Positions 28,531-44,188 of a DNA stretch of 64,000 nucleotides are shown here, in pieces. The notes under the pieces are model-generated. The model was given only the letters and a program-made list of their open reading frames with translations, ran no database searches and was not told where the DNA came from. Both the position numbers and the translations under genes were made by a program. The stretch spans positions 29,574,001 through 29,638,000 of the forward strand of contig CM022673.1 of NCBI GenBank assembly GCA_012295275.1. The letters are read 5' to 3'. The stretch is from Chrysomallon squamiferum. Taxonomy: Eukaryota > Animalia > Mollusca. Positions within the stretch are counted from its first letter, which is position 1, and each line of letters begins with the position of its first letter.

Positions 28531-30448
28531 CCACACTTGGGATCCTTTTACAAATGAGAAATGAACCGCACGAGAATGTTCTATTTTGAACCCAAATATG
28601 AAACAAGCCAAAATTCTAACCGATGTGTTGTTTGATCATTTACAAACAAATCTTAAAGAACTATTTACTGCTAAGGACAGCAAAAGAAAATATCAATATA
28701 ACAATGAGCTTCAGCATTTCATTCCTTGCACATCGCTCTTTCATTCATAAACTCGTTAAATACATACTTAAGTTTACTTACTTACTGTACACTTGTAGCC
28801 GCAGTATCACTTGTATTGCAACACTTTCTGTTCAAAGTAAGAAAAAATTCAAATTAATACAGGTTTATAGCATAATTAATATTATTACTATAATAAACAA
28901 ATTGTAATAGATTTATAATTTGGTTCAGTAAATTTTATGTTCAGTATTATTTGATCTGCATTTGTGAAGTGAAAAGCGTTTTCTTGAATTTGAAGTATAT
29001 TATATATATATATAAGTATGTACAGAGTGAAGAATTGGCTCTGTTTATAACGAATGGTAATATCAGTGTGACATATGTAAGTATTGCCTATCTTGACAAC
29101 AGGCTAATATATATATATATATAACCATTATATATAAAACCACATGTAACATATTTTACTCTAAACTTTACTCTATTTCCGTTCAGTCTGCAATAGAAAA
29201 GTTTCACAATACTACAGTTAATCAGAAATTAATGGTTATAAGGTGTCAAGCAAATTCTGTTTTCAGAATGAGAATGATTCGACAGAGGAACACATTTCAC
29301 CACTTCATCCTCTACTCTTCACAAGCGACAACAACGCGGCTTTCATACATCTCTTCTGGTGGACCATTCCTGGGCTCTGGTGGGAAAGGGAAAACACCCA
29401 TTTGGAACATCAAGGAGGATTGATACTCACGACCTGTTTGTACTCATTTATACTCCCACCTCGTACGGTTCGATTTAATATCAGAGTACTTATTTATATT
29501 TGATCAAACTGAACTGCTTACATATAATAGACACTTTCACATGTTTTTATGTGGCTAATAACATAAATAGACAGGTACAATGCGGATGAAATTAGTTCTG
29601 GTCTTTAGACACATATGCACATATTTCTAGTCACTTGAGACGTGCGTGACATTTTTATCTTTTCACTCACAATTACAAATTATTGGGAAGATGAATTGGC
29701 TGCGTCGTTTGATACAAAATTAGTCTGATAAATCGAAGAGAGAAGAAAAAACTCATTGAGACGCGGGGGAGAGTATCGACCGCTGGTTTGTTTTATTGAA
29801 TCAGCCAGAGAGAAAGCGCAACAGAAAAAAGTGCTAAGACTGAAATCAGCACTGACAACAAAGACAAACTCAAATTCGCCACACTGATATACTCTTGACG
29901 CCAGTTCGCCCACCACATTCCCAGTTAGCCACACCTATCACCAGCTCGTAAACTTGGCGTAATTATAATGAATGCCTGATCTCTCTTCGTAGCATTTGTT
30001 TTTACTGGGTTTTTTTTTTTTCGGTTTTTTGACGTTGAATTAAATCCTTAAATACAGGGGCGAGAAAGGTAATTTAATAGAATTATCATAAAAAAAAGAA
30101 GTAAAAAATTATATTTTATATTTTTATTTTGTAGCTGATGAACGTATTAAATTAGGAGTATTATTTATTAATTATAAATTAACAAAATAAATGTTAAAAA
30201 AAAAAAAAGAGAGAGCAAATAATTTCTTTTCAAAATGAAGTTACAAAACCCTAAAAAAGCCCAAAACAAAAGCAAACAGGAAACAAACGACAACAAAATA
30301 ATCCCACTATTTATTTCAGACTGTTTAGTGACGTGGATAAATTGTAAATTTTTTGTGAAAGAAGATGAAAGAAGAAAAAGTTAAACTCAATGAAAAAAAA
30401 CCCAGCAAACTATAACACACACACACACACACACACAAACAAAACAAA

Positions 30449-30502
<54 letters not shown>

Positions 30503-30659
30503 TAATAATAACAAAGAAAAAGAAATAGGTAAAGAGAGAAAAGAATAAGAAAAAAATGGTTAAAAAATAAGAAAAATTAAAGAATTTAAGCATTTTTATT
30601 TAAAACTTCATCTCTTCGATGTAAGAATTCAATTTATATCTATTTTTTATATTTGTTTA

Positions 30660-30885
30660 TAATGTAATATAATATAATATAATATAATATAATATAATAT
30701 AATATAATATAATATAATATAATAATATTATAATGTAATATAATATAATGAAATGCAATATAATGGAATATAATATAATATAATATAATATAATATAATA
30801 TAATATAATATAATATAATATAATATAATATAATAATATTATAATGTAATGTAATGGAATATAATATAATAAAATAAAATATAAT
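30660..30885. repeat. (AATAT)n pentanucleotide microsatellite
   Basis: Directly visible. Confidence 0.9.
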
Positions 30886-31516
30886 GTAACAGGTTTAATC
30901 ATATGATATTATTTCACGACAAAGACAAACACACAGAATGCACGTACCTGACTGATGGTGTCGACTAGCAGATGTCGTAGTGAAGACGCTGAACACAACT
31001 GAGGGGCTGTGTGATCTCAGAGTAATTTAAAACAAACGCCGGCATTGGCTGCCGCGTGCAGTTAAGTGGATGCTGGTTGGTAATCACACATCATTCGTCA
31101 GAAACCTCGCTGCAAAACTCTCACAAACCTCTAACTAGCTTCCTCTCAGTTACGGTTAAGACGTCAGCTCCGAGAATGGTGGATTCTGGGATTGACACCA
31201 GCTCGTGTACTGTGATAATTCTGAGGCCGTTATTATTTCTTTATTTAATTCAGGTGTGGAGATTCATCATTCTGTTATCTCGTCTCTGTAATGTGTGCTG
31301 TAGATTGCTAACAATAGCTTGATAACCAGTCCGGACTCCTGTATTTTATGCCCAATATAGACGTACATACGTCTTCAGTAACTGACTGAGTAACAGTTTA
31401 GCAGTTTGCTATCATGTAGCGACTATTTATAGTTATGACTGATTAATTAATTGTATTTCAGACTTTCGCAGTTTGATACATTGGTAGTCGTAGAACTGCA
31501 AGTGTGTGGGCGTTCG

Positions 31517-31614
<98 letters not shown>

Positions 31615-32023
31615 TCTCTCTATATATATATCTCTCTCTGCTTCTCTCTGACTTTTAATTTTATTTAAATAAGACACCATGTTGCAAAATGTCAACATAC
31701 GTTCAGAATGGAACTGAAAATATCCCATCAGCAGAGGTAGATTATCCTTCTGCAGTTTAAATGAATAAATTAAACAGCAGTGACTGATGAGACAGCGACG
31801 CACGGTAATTTCATCCTTTCTGCACGAACGTGTCTCATCGACAGCCTAATCAGAGCAACATGCAGACACACCGATCTAGTCAGTGAATAGTTTCAACACA
31901 GTCATTTGATAATAGCCTTTATTTCTGTTATGATTCGCGACGAAAGGAAATCCGTTAATGCCATTATATTCACTACTTACAAGACGAATACTAACGAATT
32001 TTTTTTTAAAGGAAATGGTTTGA

Positions 32024-32070
<47 letters not shown>

Positions 32071-32981
32071 CAATATAAATATTTGACAGCAACAAAAACA
32101 ACAAAATAATAATTAGTTTAATTATTTTTTTGCTTAAATAAAATGTGGTTATAATAAAAATATGACATTTTCAGAGAACACCCACAGTTTCAGTTTGGTC
32201 ATTAGTGCTTTGTTTTTCCAAAGCAAAGTAAGATGATACATATATATATATATACACATATATGTAAGATACCCTGCTTGAGATCTAGTCACAATTAATT
32301 AGGTTTCTTTTGTCTTATCATCTGACATAGATATTCCGTTAACAGCTTTTTTCTGCTGTACTTTTCAGTCGTAAGGCTCTCACTTTTTTTAAATCTTTCT
32401 TTCAGTGTATTTTGTCTTTTCTTCAATGTTCCTGTCTTTCATTTTGTCTCTCTCTCTCTCTCTCTCTCTCGTCTCCTTGGTTCTTCGCTCTGTCATTCTC
32501 TTTCTAGTGTATACAAATACAAACACACATGTAAACAATATATGTTTGAACTGTGTATAATGTTTAATATCATGTTATTTGCTGTAGTTTCAAATGAAAG
32601 AATTCTGATTTAATAGTTGAAAAGATAGACCTGACACTATGATCGCTATATGGATCCAGTGTTACCATATTACGACAAAAACATGTGTACTTTAGAAGAA
32701 GTCAAATCTTGGTCGCCAGTGTATGATGTCAGTAAGTACTCAGTGCAAGTAGAGAATGTAATAAGACCCATCTAGTCCTAGACAATCCGGCAACTGAACT
32801 GTGTGCTAATGTCAGCGAGCAATAGCTACCGTGTCAGTACAGAATAATATATCAAGTGATTCCCATAAATAATGAAAAATAATTTATACCTCCATTGTTA
32901 CATTAAATACTGCATTCTGAAAATAAACTTATATACGTTCATTCGTTCATTATTGGAATATCTATTATAATTCGTCTTTTA

Positions 32982-33088
<107 letters not shown>

Positions 33089-36054
33089 AGTTAAAATGGT
33101 TTAAAGAATAACGCTTTTTGGTTCACGATTCTTTATTTGGAATGAAATAATTACATTTTTCCTCCTACGACGTTTCAATCTGTTAGGTTGTATTTTCGTT
33201 CGGCTTCACTAACTATTTATTCATCAGTTACGCTAGTTATATGATTAAACAGTTTGAGAGGCGACAAGCGAGTTACACAAACTCAATAAGGCGAATGACT
33301 GAATGATGTTTAAAACGACATTTTTATCGATATCGGTTCCGTCATTGTACCTTGAAAAGCTCTTAACATCACCACCAGAGAATAGAATACTAAGCTAACA
33401 AGTGACGGTTTGGTGCAATTCTGTTAGTTAATAAAGTTATGTCCTATTTTCGTCTTTTTTGTCTTTTTTACCCAAATTTGTATTTCTGTTTCGATTCTTT
33501 TTGTCATTTTTACTTTCTTTTTGCCTGCTGTTCATTATTTCTCTCTATTTCTAATCTGTTTTTCTTACTGTTTTCCGTCTAATTTATTAACTTTTAAATA
33601 TTTCTTTCTTTCTTTTTTTCTGTCTTTCTTGCTTTTTTTCGATCAATATTATTTTTGCTTTTTAAATATTTTTTCTTTCTTTTTTCGTTCTAGTTTCTGA
33701 CTTTCTGACTTTTTCGATGTATTTAAACACTTTAAAATAGTTCTTTCTTTCTTTCTTTTCTTTCTTTCTTCTGTCCTTCTTTTTTCTGACTTTTTCGATC
33801 GATGTTATTTGCTTTTTAAATATTTTTTTCTTCTTTCGTACTTTTTTCGGTCTTTCTTACTATTTTCGATCTATATTATTTGCTTTATTAATTCTATTAT
33901 TATTATTATTTTTTGTTTTTTAAATTTAATTTGTGTCAGTCATTGTCTTCCTTTCTCTGAATACTTTCTTTCCTTATAACTTATTAGTTTTCTTCTTTCG
34001 TTCGTTCTTGAACATTTTCGTCTTTTCTTTCTATTTCTTTTTCTCTTTTAAAACATAAAAGATATCTGATGTTGCTAAACAGTCATTTATTTTGCATGTT
34101 TGCTACAAGACAACAACTGATACCGCGATTCGTCAATAATTGAAAACCTGATTGTATTTCCGTCCGAAAACTATTCTAGGAAACCGGAGGTGGATGTCAC
34201 GTGACGCAAGCATTAGCGCTGCTATTGGTGAAAATATTAATAGTCATTTAAAAAACAACTACACGACAGATATCCTTATCTGCTGTTTCTTTATCTACCT
34301 GGCTCTTCATACCTAAGTAATGAAGAGCGGTTTTAATGACATCCCGGCACGGTATTTGTAAAGCTAAACTGCATTAAACGTTTTAATAATAAATAAAGAT
34401 GACGAACAGAGAGTGAAAGATAAGGAAATTAGTTTTTTATTTTTTGCTAAGAAAAAACGGATTAAAAAGAAAAGAAACAATAGCTTTTTTTATCCTAATA
34501 TTTATATATATAGTCAAACTGATTAAATATATGCGCACGCCTTATACCCACACATTCATGCAAACATGTTCATACACACATGCATCCATGCTTTTACATG
34601 TACATCCGTGTGAAAGTATGTATGTATGTATGTATGTATGTATCACATTTCTATCTATCTACCTATCTACCTACCCACCAACCTGTTTGTCTGTCTATCT
34701 GTCTCTCCGTCCTTCTAGCTGTCTATTTAATTATCTGTCTATTTATCTACCTGTCTGTCGGTATGTAGGTGTGTCTTTTTGTTTATTTGTCTGTCTTTCC
34801 ATCTGTCTATCTATCACTCTCTCTCAGTATATATCTCTGTCACTGCCTCTGCCTCTCTCTTTTTAATACACACACACACACACACACACACACCTCACCG
34901 AAACTGGACAAACACTACACTGCCATACAAAACTCGCAGTTTGTTTTTGTAATTATTAAACCTCGAATAATGCATTACTTTTGATTATTACCTGTATAGT
35001 TCAAGATAAATTAACTTCGTTAATATCACATTAGCTACATTAGAACCCGAAGAGAAACAAAATGCCTCGTTGTAAGCAATTGGCTTGTACTACGGATTTT
35101 TTCAAACTGTTTACGTTCAGTAACTTTCTACATTGACATTTCAATTTTGCTACCGACTTTCACTGACAAAAGCTAACAACGGAATTAAATAAAATATAAA
35201 GGGAATAATGGAAACTGAAAGACACGGAACATCTGTCGACTATTCAAATAGAAATAAATCGTCAGCTACACGTTATATCTGTGTCTGCGCTTGCACGCAT
35301 GTATGTATGTAGTATATGCATTATCATCATCGTCATCATTATCATCATCATTATTATTATCTAATTTTGACCAGGGACTTTAATCTCTTTTCAGTGTTGG
35401 TATTATTATTCTTTTGTTATTGTTAGCTATAAAATTTCCATTCAAAAATCATCGTTAAATTTTTCCATTAAAAAACTAACCCACCACAGATCTGTGAAAA
35501 TTAAGAAACCAAAACGTCACCCTTAAGGAGAATGAATCCTCCGAAGAAAATCTTTGCAATTTCATAAAATGACGAGTTTTATTCTGTAAATTCTTTGACA
35601 TGTTTCTGTCTGACAAAGCCGGGAAGAAGCATTTGTAAGCTTTGGCTCACACGTTCTGTGTCTGACTATGACCTGAGTGAGTGACGGCTTTTCAGTTAAC
35701 ACATCGCAGCCTAGGGTGCTTGCGACGTAATTGCAAATGAAGCGAAGACGTAAAAATTTAAAAATAAATCTCTCTGATTGGAGGTAGTATTATCCTTGCT
35801 CGTCATCAGCTGTTTTATTAACTCACACCAACACCCACCATAGACCCTGGAGCTAAACTAGTTTTTCTTTCATATCACTTATGTTCTTTCTCCAGTGGAG
35901 AGTGTTGTAATTTGGGAAGTAGTGTTAAAAGAGAAGGAGAGAGTTAAAAGCTAAAACGAGAATGCACTTTAAGCGAAGTAATAAAATGGATCAAATAACG
36001 ACATGAGCTTCTTAGTGATAATAGTTGATGGGTTCTCTTTTTTTTAATTTTTGT

Positions 36055-36093
<39 letters not shown>

Positions 36094-36716
36094 TCTTGCG
36101 TGACTGCGTGTGAATATATATACCTGATAGTTTTTTTTTATTGTTCATTCCAACTGATGTTAAATATGCTGCCGCTTTTGCTTTGTTTTTGTTGTTATTA
36201 TTATTATCATTAGTAATTATATTTCATTATCCAACGTTCTAATTAACAATAATTATAATAATAAAAATAATAATGTATGTAATAATAATAATAATAATAA
36301 ACTCATCCAAAAAAATCAAACAAAGCAACAAACAAACGAAGTAATGAGAACCATGAGTATATCTAATTATCTGTGTTTTTGGTTTTTGTTTTAATCATTA
36401 ACAGAAACTAATCGGTTTCCTGACCTATGACAATACAAAATTACGAAGTTGTTTTCGTTTTGAAATGTTTTTGTTTTGTTTGTTAATAAGGCAGCTGAGC
36501 CTACACAGTAATCAATAAAAATCAGTTTTTTTGTTTTTTTTTAAAATGACACAAAAATGAAGATTGTTAATAGAGTGCAATTATTATTTTAAACATGATC
36601 TGTGGATTATTATCAAAGTTACAAGGGTGGTGCTTAAAATAGATATCGTAACTGAAATGTAAATATTAGAAGCGAACGCTTAGATAATTGAATTTGTACA
36701 CGAGCGCTGTGCCGTT

Positions 36717-37341
36717 TATGTATGTGTGTATGTGTGTATGTATGTATGTTTGTATGTATGTATGTTTGTATGTATGTATGTATGTATGTATGTATGTATG
36801 TATGTATGTATGTGTGTATGTATGTATGTATGTACGTATGTGTGTATGTATGTACGTATGTACGTATGTACGAATGTATGTATGTATGTATGAATGTATG
36901 TATGTATGTATGAATGTATGTATGTATGAATGTACGTATGTATGTATGTATATATGAATGTATGTATGTATGAATGTATGTATGTATGTATGTATGAATG
37001 TATGTATGTATGTATGAATGTATGTATGTATGTATGAATTATGTATGTATGTATGTATGTATGTATGTATGAATGCATATATGTATGTATGTATGAATGT
37101 ATGTATGTATGTATGTATGAATTATGTATGTATGAATGTATGTATGTATGTATGTATGTATCAATGTATAAGTATATGTAAGTGTGTGTGCATGTGTGGG
37201 TGTATATATAGACAGACAGACAGACAGACAGATAGATACATAGATAGATGTATAGATAGACAGACAGACAGAGAGATACATAGACAGACAGACAGACATA
37301 TAGATAGATAGATAGACAGATAGATAGATAGGCAGACAGAC

Positions 37342-37408
<67 letters not shown>

Positions 37409-37435
37409 TAGATAGATAGATAAATAGATAGATAA

Positions 37436-37530
<95 letters not shown>
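36717..37530. repeat. Compound (TATG)n / (GACA)n / (GATA)n microsatellite
   Basis: Directly visible. It explains the MYVC/HTYI ORFs. Confidence 0.9.
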
Positions 37531-38073
37531 CAGAAAGCGGATTGCGACTAGTATCTATTTTTACTTTACTTACCGAATTTCGTTTTTAAAAAATCAAACT
37601 CTTTCTTACTGCAGCAACATTTTATTGCATAATAAGCATTCGTGTATTTATTTGTGATTAATCAAACATTAAAATATTCTAACAAACAAATAGGAAAAGT
37701 ATGATTAGGTGAAATTATTGCAATGTTTTTTAACGGTATGTTCACTAATATTATTTCTATATTTATCAGAACTTTATTTATTTATTTTAAACATTATGTA
37801 TATATATATACTGTATATACACATACTGTATATTTGCATTATGATAGTATACGTACAGATTTATTTTTGTTCAGTATATTCTGCATATATTTTTTTATCT
37901 ATATTTTTTTAACTTTTTTTTTGTTTGTTTGTTATTATTATTATTTGTTTTTTTACTATCCAGCCGGATATTGTATGAACGGCACATTTCATCGCAGAGA
38001 GGAATTATTTGAAAAGAGATGACTCTGAACTGAGGTGATACGTGATTCAAACACGCTCGATGTTTTTCTTGCT

Positions 38074-38475
38074 TCAGTTACGTTCGAATGCCGGATTCGT
38101 AAATGCACCGTAACGAGCCTCACTGCTGTTGCTGTCCATATTGTTATTCTCTCTCACTATCTCAATGGCTTGTCTGAAAATCCTTCGACGAAGGAGCAGG
38201 TTGTTCATTTCCAAGGTAAACCAGACCATTGTGGTTCCTATGACCATCGCACCCAGGATGCATATCGAGTACAGGAGGAGAGCAAATTGAAGATGGCGCT
38301 GTTCATTGTTCTGAGTACGACTCCACCCTGATTTTAGCAAATTATAGAACAGAGAAATTCCTGCAGCAGTCGTAATGAGACAAATGGTGAACAGTAATCC
38401 GCACGCCTTCAGACGTCGTTGTAAATTCATCGGATAAAGGCGACCATATTCTCGCATTATTTCACGCCACTGACC
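38074..38475 (-). CDS. MARCH-like E3 ligase variable terminal exon V9 (2 TM + tail, 133 aa)
   Basis: Acceptor GTATTGAATTCTCAG|GGT, phase 0. GQWREIMREYGRLYPMNLQRR-TM1-loop-TM2-WFTLEMNN..RRRIFRQAI..YGAFTNPAFERN*. Confidence 0.8.
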   Translation of the reverse strand, partial: GQWREIMREYGRLYPMNLQRRLKACGLLFTICLITTAAGISLFYNLLKSGWSRTQNNEQRHLQFALLLYSICILGAMVIGTTMVWFTLEMNNLLLRRRIFRQAIEIVRENNNMDSNSSEARYGAFTNPAFERN

Positions 38476-38597
38476 CTGAGAATTCAATACACGTGAATGA
38501 GACTTTTTTTTGTTGCAAAAATTAAGAAGAAATAGTAAATGCTAACAGACCCCATTTATTATTCTATGAGATTAAAAAAATAATAAATAAATAAATA

Positions 38598-38634
<37 letters not shown>

Positions 38635-39359
38635 TTTAAAGAAATGAAAACTAAAGAACAAACATAGAAACAAAGACGTTATGAGCTCTTTATACAATGA
38701 GATGCCAAATAATTTTATTTCGATTATTTTAATTTTAAAAGACATCTGTTTTGGAATTTAAAACCCACTTACTTTTTAATTTAAAAAAAATTAGATGTGA
38801 AAAATTCATGGATTAAAAATATATAAGTCATGGTTTCTTATAAACTACATTCAAACGTATATAGGCCAGAACAGAAATGTAAAGTTTCGAAGAAAAAAGA
38901 TGTTAAAAATGGTTTGTGTTTTGTGCATTTGTATATGTATTTTGTACGCGCCAAAATATTTACAACATTTAGAAAAATAATAACAGTGATGATGATGATG
39001 GCAGTAATCAATACGATAATGATGATGATGATATTAATAATAAATTTAAAAGGGAAAGAAAAGAATACGCAACATTTAACACTGTTCTCAAAACATCTGA
39101 TTTTGAATGTAGACACAAATTAAACAAGTCACGTTTTTAAAGTAAATGCCTTTTTAGTTTACATTCTTTGTCTTTTAGTATCCTCTTCCTATAAGTATTG
39201 AATAAATAAACTCCAAAAGTAAAATTGTCCATTTTAAATAAGTATGTATCATTTTCAAATAACACGTAAATACTACTCAGTATTACCATTTTAAACTATA
39301 TATAATCTACTCTCTCCTCTCTAAACTAAGGAGCTAAATCGTAATCTGTTAATTTCTAG

Positions 39360-39428
<69 letters not shown>

Positions 39429-39929
39429 TCTCTCTGGTTCTTCGTTCTGTCATTCTCTCTCTCTGTATACAAATCAAAGACATATAAACAATGTATGTTC
39501 TCTCTATGTCTCTCTTTCTATAGTTTTTAAATGAAAGAATTCTGATTTAATAGTTGAAGAGATAGACCTGACAGTTTGAGCTATAGCTATATGGATCCAG
39601 TGTTACCATATCACGACAAAAACCTGTGTACTTTAGAAGAAGTCAAATCTTGGTCGCCAGTGTATGATGTCAGTAAGTACTCAGTGCAAGTAGAGAATGT
39701 AATAAGACCCATCTAGTCCTAGACAATCCGGCAACTGAACTGTGTGCTAATGTCAGCGAGCAATAGCTACCGTGTCAGTACAGAATAATATATCAAGTGA
39801 TTCCCATAAATAATGAAAAATAATTTATACGTCCATTGTTACATTAAATACTGCATTCTGAAAATAAACTTATATACGTTCATTCGTTCATTACTGGAAT
39901 ATCTATTATAATTCGGCTTTTATCTATGT

Positions 39930-40127
<198 letters not shown>

Positions 40128-41014
40128 AGTTAAAATGGTTTAAAGAATAACGCTTTTTGGTTCATGGTTCTTTATTTGGAATGAAATAATAACATTTTTC
40201 CTCCTACGACGTTTCAATCTGTTAGGTTGTATTTTCGTTCGGCTTCACTAACTATTTATTCATCAGTTACGCTAGTTATATGATTAAACAGTTTGAGAGG
40301 CGACAAGCGAGTTACACAAACTCAATAAGGCGAATGTATGTATCAAGTGTATAAATATATGTCAGTATGTGTGTATATATTGATAGATAGATAGACAGAG
40401 CGACATCCAGACAGATAGACAGACAGATAGACAGGCAGACAGATAGAAAGATACAGAAAGAGGATTGCGACTAGTATATATTTGTACTTTACTTACCGAA
40501 TTTCGTTTTTAAAAAATCAAACTCTTTCTTACTGCAGCAACATTTTATTGCATAATAAGCATTTGTGTATTTATTTGTGATTAATCAAACATTAAAATAT
40601 TCCAACAAACAAAGAGGAAAAGTATGATTCGTTGAAATTATTGCAATGTTTTTTAACGGTATAGTCACTAATATTTTTTCTATGTTTATCAGAACTTTAT
40701 TCATTTATTTTAAACATTATATATATATATATATATATATTTCACATATACACATACTGTATATTTGCATTATAAAAGTATATGTACAGATTTATTTTTG
40801 ATCAGTATATTCTGCATATATATTTTTACCTATATATTTGAATTTTTTTTTTGTTTGTTTGTTATTATTTTATTTTATTATTTTATTATTTTATTTATAT
40901 CCATCCGGATATTGTATGAACCGCACATTTCATTGCAGAGAGGAATTATTTGAAAAGAGATGACTCTGAACTGAGGTGATACGTGATTCAAACACGCTCG
41001 ATGTTTTTCTTGCT

Positions 41015-41416
41015 TCAGTTACGTTCGATTGCGGGATTCGTATATGCACCGTAACGAGCCTCACTGCTGTTGCTGTCCATAGTGTTATTCTGTCTCACTA
41101 TCTCAATGGCTTGTCTGAAAATTCTTCGACGAAGGACCAGGTTGTTCATTTCCAAGGTAAACCAGACCATTGTTGTTCCTATGACCATGGCACCCAAGAT
41201 GCATATCGAGTACAGGAGGAGAGCAAATTGAAGATGGCGCTGTTCATCGTTCTGAGTACGATTCCACCCTGATTTTAGCAAATTATTGAACATGGAAATT
41301 CCTGCAGCAGTCGTAATGAGGCAAATGGTGAACAGTAATCCGAACAGCTTGAGACGTCGTTGTAAATTCATCGGATAAAGGCGACCATATTCTCGCATTA
41401 TGTGACGCCACTGACC
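41015..41416 (-). CDS. MARCH-like E3 ligase variable terminal exon V8 (133 aa)
   Basis: Same acceptor and phase as V9. Intact ORF, close paralog. Confidence 0.8.
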   Translation of the reverse strand, partial: GQWRHIMREYGRLYPMNLQRRLKLFGLLFTICLITTAAGISMFNNLLKSGWNRTQNDEQRHLQFALLLYSICILGAMVIGTTMVWFTLEMNNLVLRRRIFRQAIEIVRQNNTMDSNSSEARYGAYTNPAIERN

Positions 41417-42122
41417 CTGAGAATTCAATACACGTGAATGAGACTTTTTTTTATTCGGTGCGAAAATTAAAAACAAATATTAAATGCTAACAGTGAGATG
41501 CCAAATTATTTTTCAATGAAGTTAAAAAAATAATAAATAAATATATATATATATATTTTCAAGAAGCGAAAATTAAAGAACAAACAAAGAAACAAAGACG
41601 TTATGAGTTCTTTTTACAATGAGATGCCAAATAATTTTATTTCAATTATTTTAATTTCAAAAGACATCGGTTTTGGAATTCAAAACCCACTTACTTTTTA
41701 ATTAAAAAAAATTAGATGTGAAAAATTCATGGATCTAAAAATATGTAAGTAATGGTTTCTTGTAAACTGCATTCAAACGTATACAGGCCAGAAAGGAAAT
41801 GTAAATTTTCAAAGACAAAAGACTTTAAGAATGGTTTGGGTTTTGTGCATTTGTATATGGCTTATTTTGTACCAAAACATTTACAACATTTAGGAAAATA
41901 ATAACAATGATGATGACGATGGCAGTAATCAATATGATAATGAAGTTGATGATGATATTAATAATAAATTTAAAAAGGAAAGAAAAGAATACGGAACATT
42001 TAACACTATTCTCAAAACGTCTGATTTTGAATGTAGACACAAATTAAACGAGTCACATTTTTAAAGTAAAATTTACACAATATATAATTTTACATAATAT
42101 GTTATTTTAGTTTAGTCTGTAA

Positions 42123-42250
<128 letters not shown>

Positions 42251-42739
42251 CTTGGTTCTTCGTTCTGTCATTCTCACTCTCGTGTATACAAATACAAAGA
42301 CATATAAACAATGTATGTTTGAGCTATGTACTTATTTGCTATAGTTTTTAAATGAAAGAATTCTGATTTAATAGTTGAAGAGATAGACCTGACAGTTTGA
42401 TCGCTATATGGATCCAGTGTTACCATATCACGACAAAAACCTGTGTACTTTAGAAGAAGTCAAATCTTGGTCGCCAGTGTATGATGTCAGTAAGTACTCA
42501 GTGCAAGTAGAGAATGTAATAAGACCCATCTAGTCCTAGACAATCCGGCAATTGAACTGTGTGCTAATGTCAGCGAGCAATAGCTACCGTGTCAGTACAG
42601 AATAATATATCAAGTGATTCCCATAAATAATGAAAAATAATTTATACGTCCATTGTTACATTAAATACTGCATTCTGAAAATAAACTTATATACGTTCAT
42701 TCGTTCATTATTGGAATATCTATTATAATTCGGCTTTTA

Positions 42740-42779
<40 letters not shown>

Positions 42780-42780
42780 G

Positions 42781-42918
<138 letters not shown>

Positions 42919-43625
42919 AATTAGTTAAAATGTATGTATCATATATATGTCACTATGTGTGTATATGTATGTGTATATATATATATAGATAGATAGATAG
43001 ACAGAGCGACAGACAGACATACGTACAGACAGACAGATAGACAGACAGACAGACAGACAGATAGACAGACAGATAGAAAGATACAGAAAGAGGATTGCGA
43101 CTAGTATCTATTTGTACTTTACTTGGCGAATTTCGTTTTTTAAAAATCAAACTCTTTCTTACTGCAGCAACATTTTATTGCATAATAAGCATTTGTGTAT
43201 TTATTTGTGATTAATAAAACAATAAAATGTTCCAACAAACACAGAGGAAAAGTATGATTCTTTGAAATAATTGCAATGTTTTTTAACGGTATGTTCACTA
43301 ATATTATTTCTATATTTATCAGAACTTTATTTATTTATTTTAAACATTATGTATATATATATACTGTATATACACATACTGTATATTTGCATTATGAAAG
43401 TATACGTACAGATTTATTTTTGACCACTATATTCTGCATATATTTTTTTATCTATATTTTTTAAACTTTTTGTTTGTTTGTTTGTTATTATTTTATTTTT
43501 GTTTTTACTATCCAGCCGGATATTGTATGAACCGCACATTTCATTGCAGAGAGGAATTATTTGAAAAGAGATGACTCTGAACTGAGGTGATACGTGATTC
43601 AAACACAGTCGATGTTTTTCTTGCT

Positions 43626-44027
43626 TCAGTTAAGTTCGAATGCCGGATTCGTATATGCACCGTAACGAGCCTCACTGCTGTTGCTGTCCATAGTGTTATT
43701 CTGTCTCACTATCTCAATGGCTTGTCTGAAAATCCTTCCACGAAGGACCAGGTTGTTCATTTCCAAGGTAAACCAGACCATTGTGGTTCCTACAATCATG
43801 GCACCCAAGATGCATATCGAGTACAGGAGGAGAGCAAATTGAAGATGGCGCTGTTCATCGTTCTGAATATGGCTCTCCCCTGAGTTTAGCAAATTATTGA
43901 ACATGGAAATTCCTGCAGCAGTCATAATGAGGCAAATGGTCAACAGTAATCCGAACAGCTTCAGACGTCGTTGTAAATTCATCGGATAAAGGCGACCATA
44001 TTCTCGCATTATTTCACGCCACTGACC
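43626..44027 (-). CDS. MARCH-like E3 ligase variable terminal exon V7 (133 aa)
   Basis: Same acceptor and phase as V9. Intact ORF, close paralog. Confidence 0.8.
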   Translation of the reverse strand, partial: GQWREIMREYGRLYPMNLQRRLKLFGLLLTICLIMTAAGISMFNNLLNSGESHIQNDEQRHLQFALLLYSICILGAMIVGTTMVWFTLEMNNLVLRGRIFRQAIEIVRQNNTMDSNSSEARYGAYTNPAFELN

Positions 44028-44152
44028 CTGAGAATTCAATACACGTGAATGAGACTTTTTTTTATTCGGTGCGAAAATTAAAAACAAATATTAAATGCTA
44101 ACAATCAGATGCCAAATTATTTTTCAATGAGATTAAAAAAGGAAATAAATAA

Positions 44153-44188
<36 letters not shown>

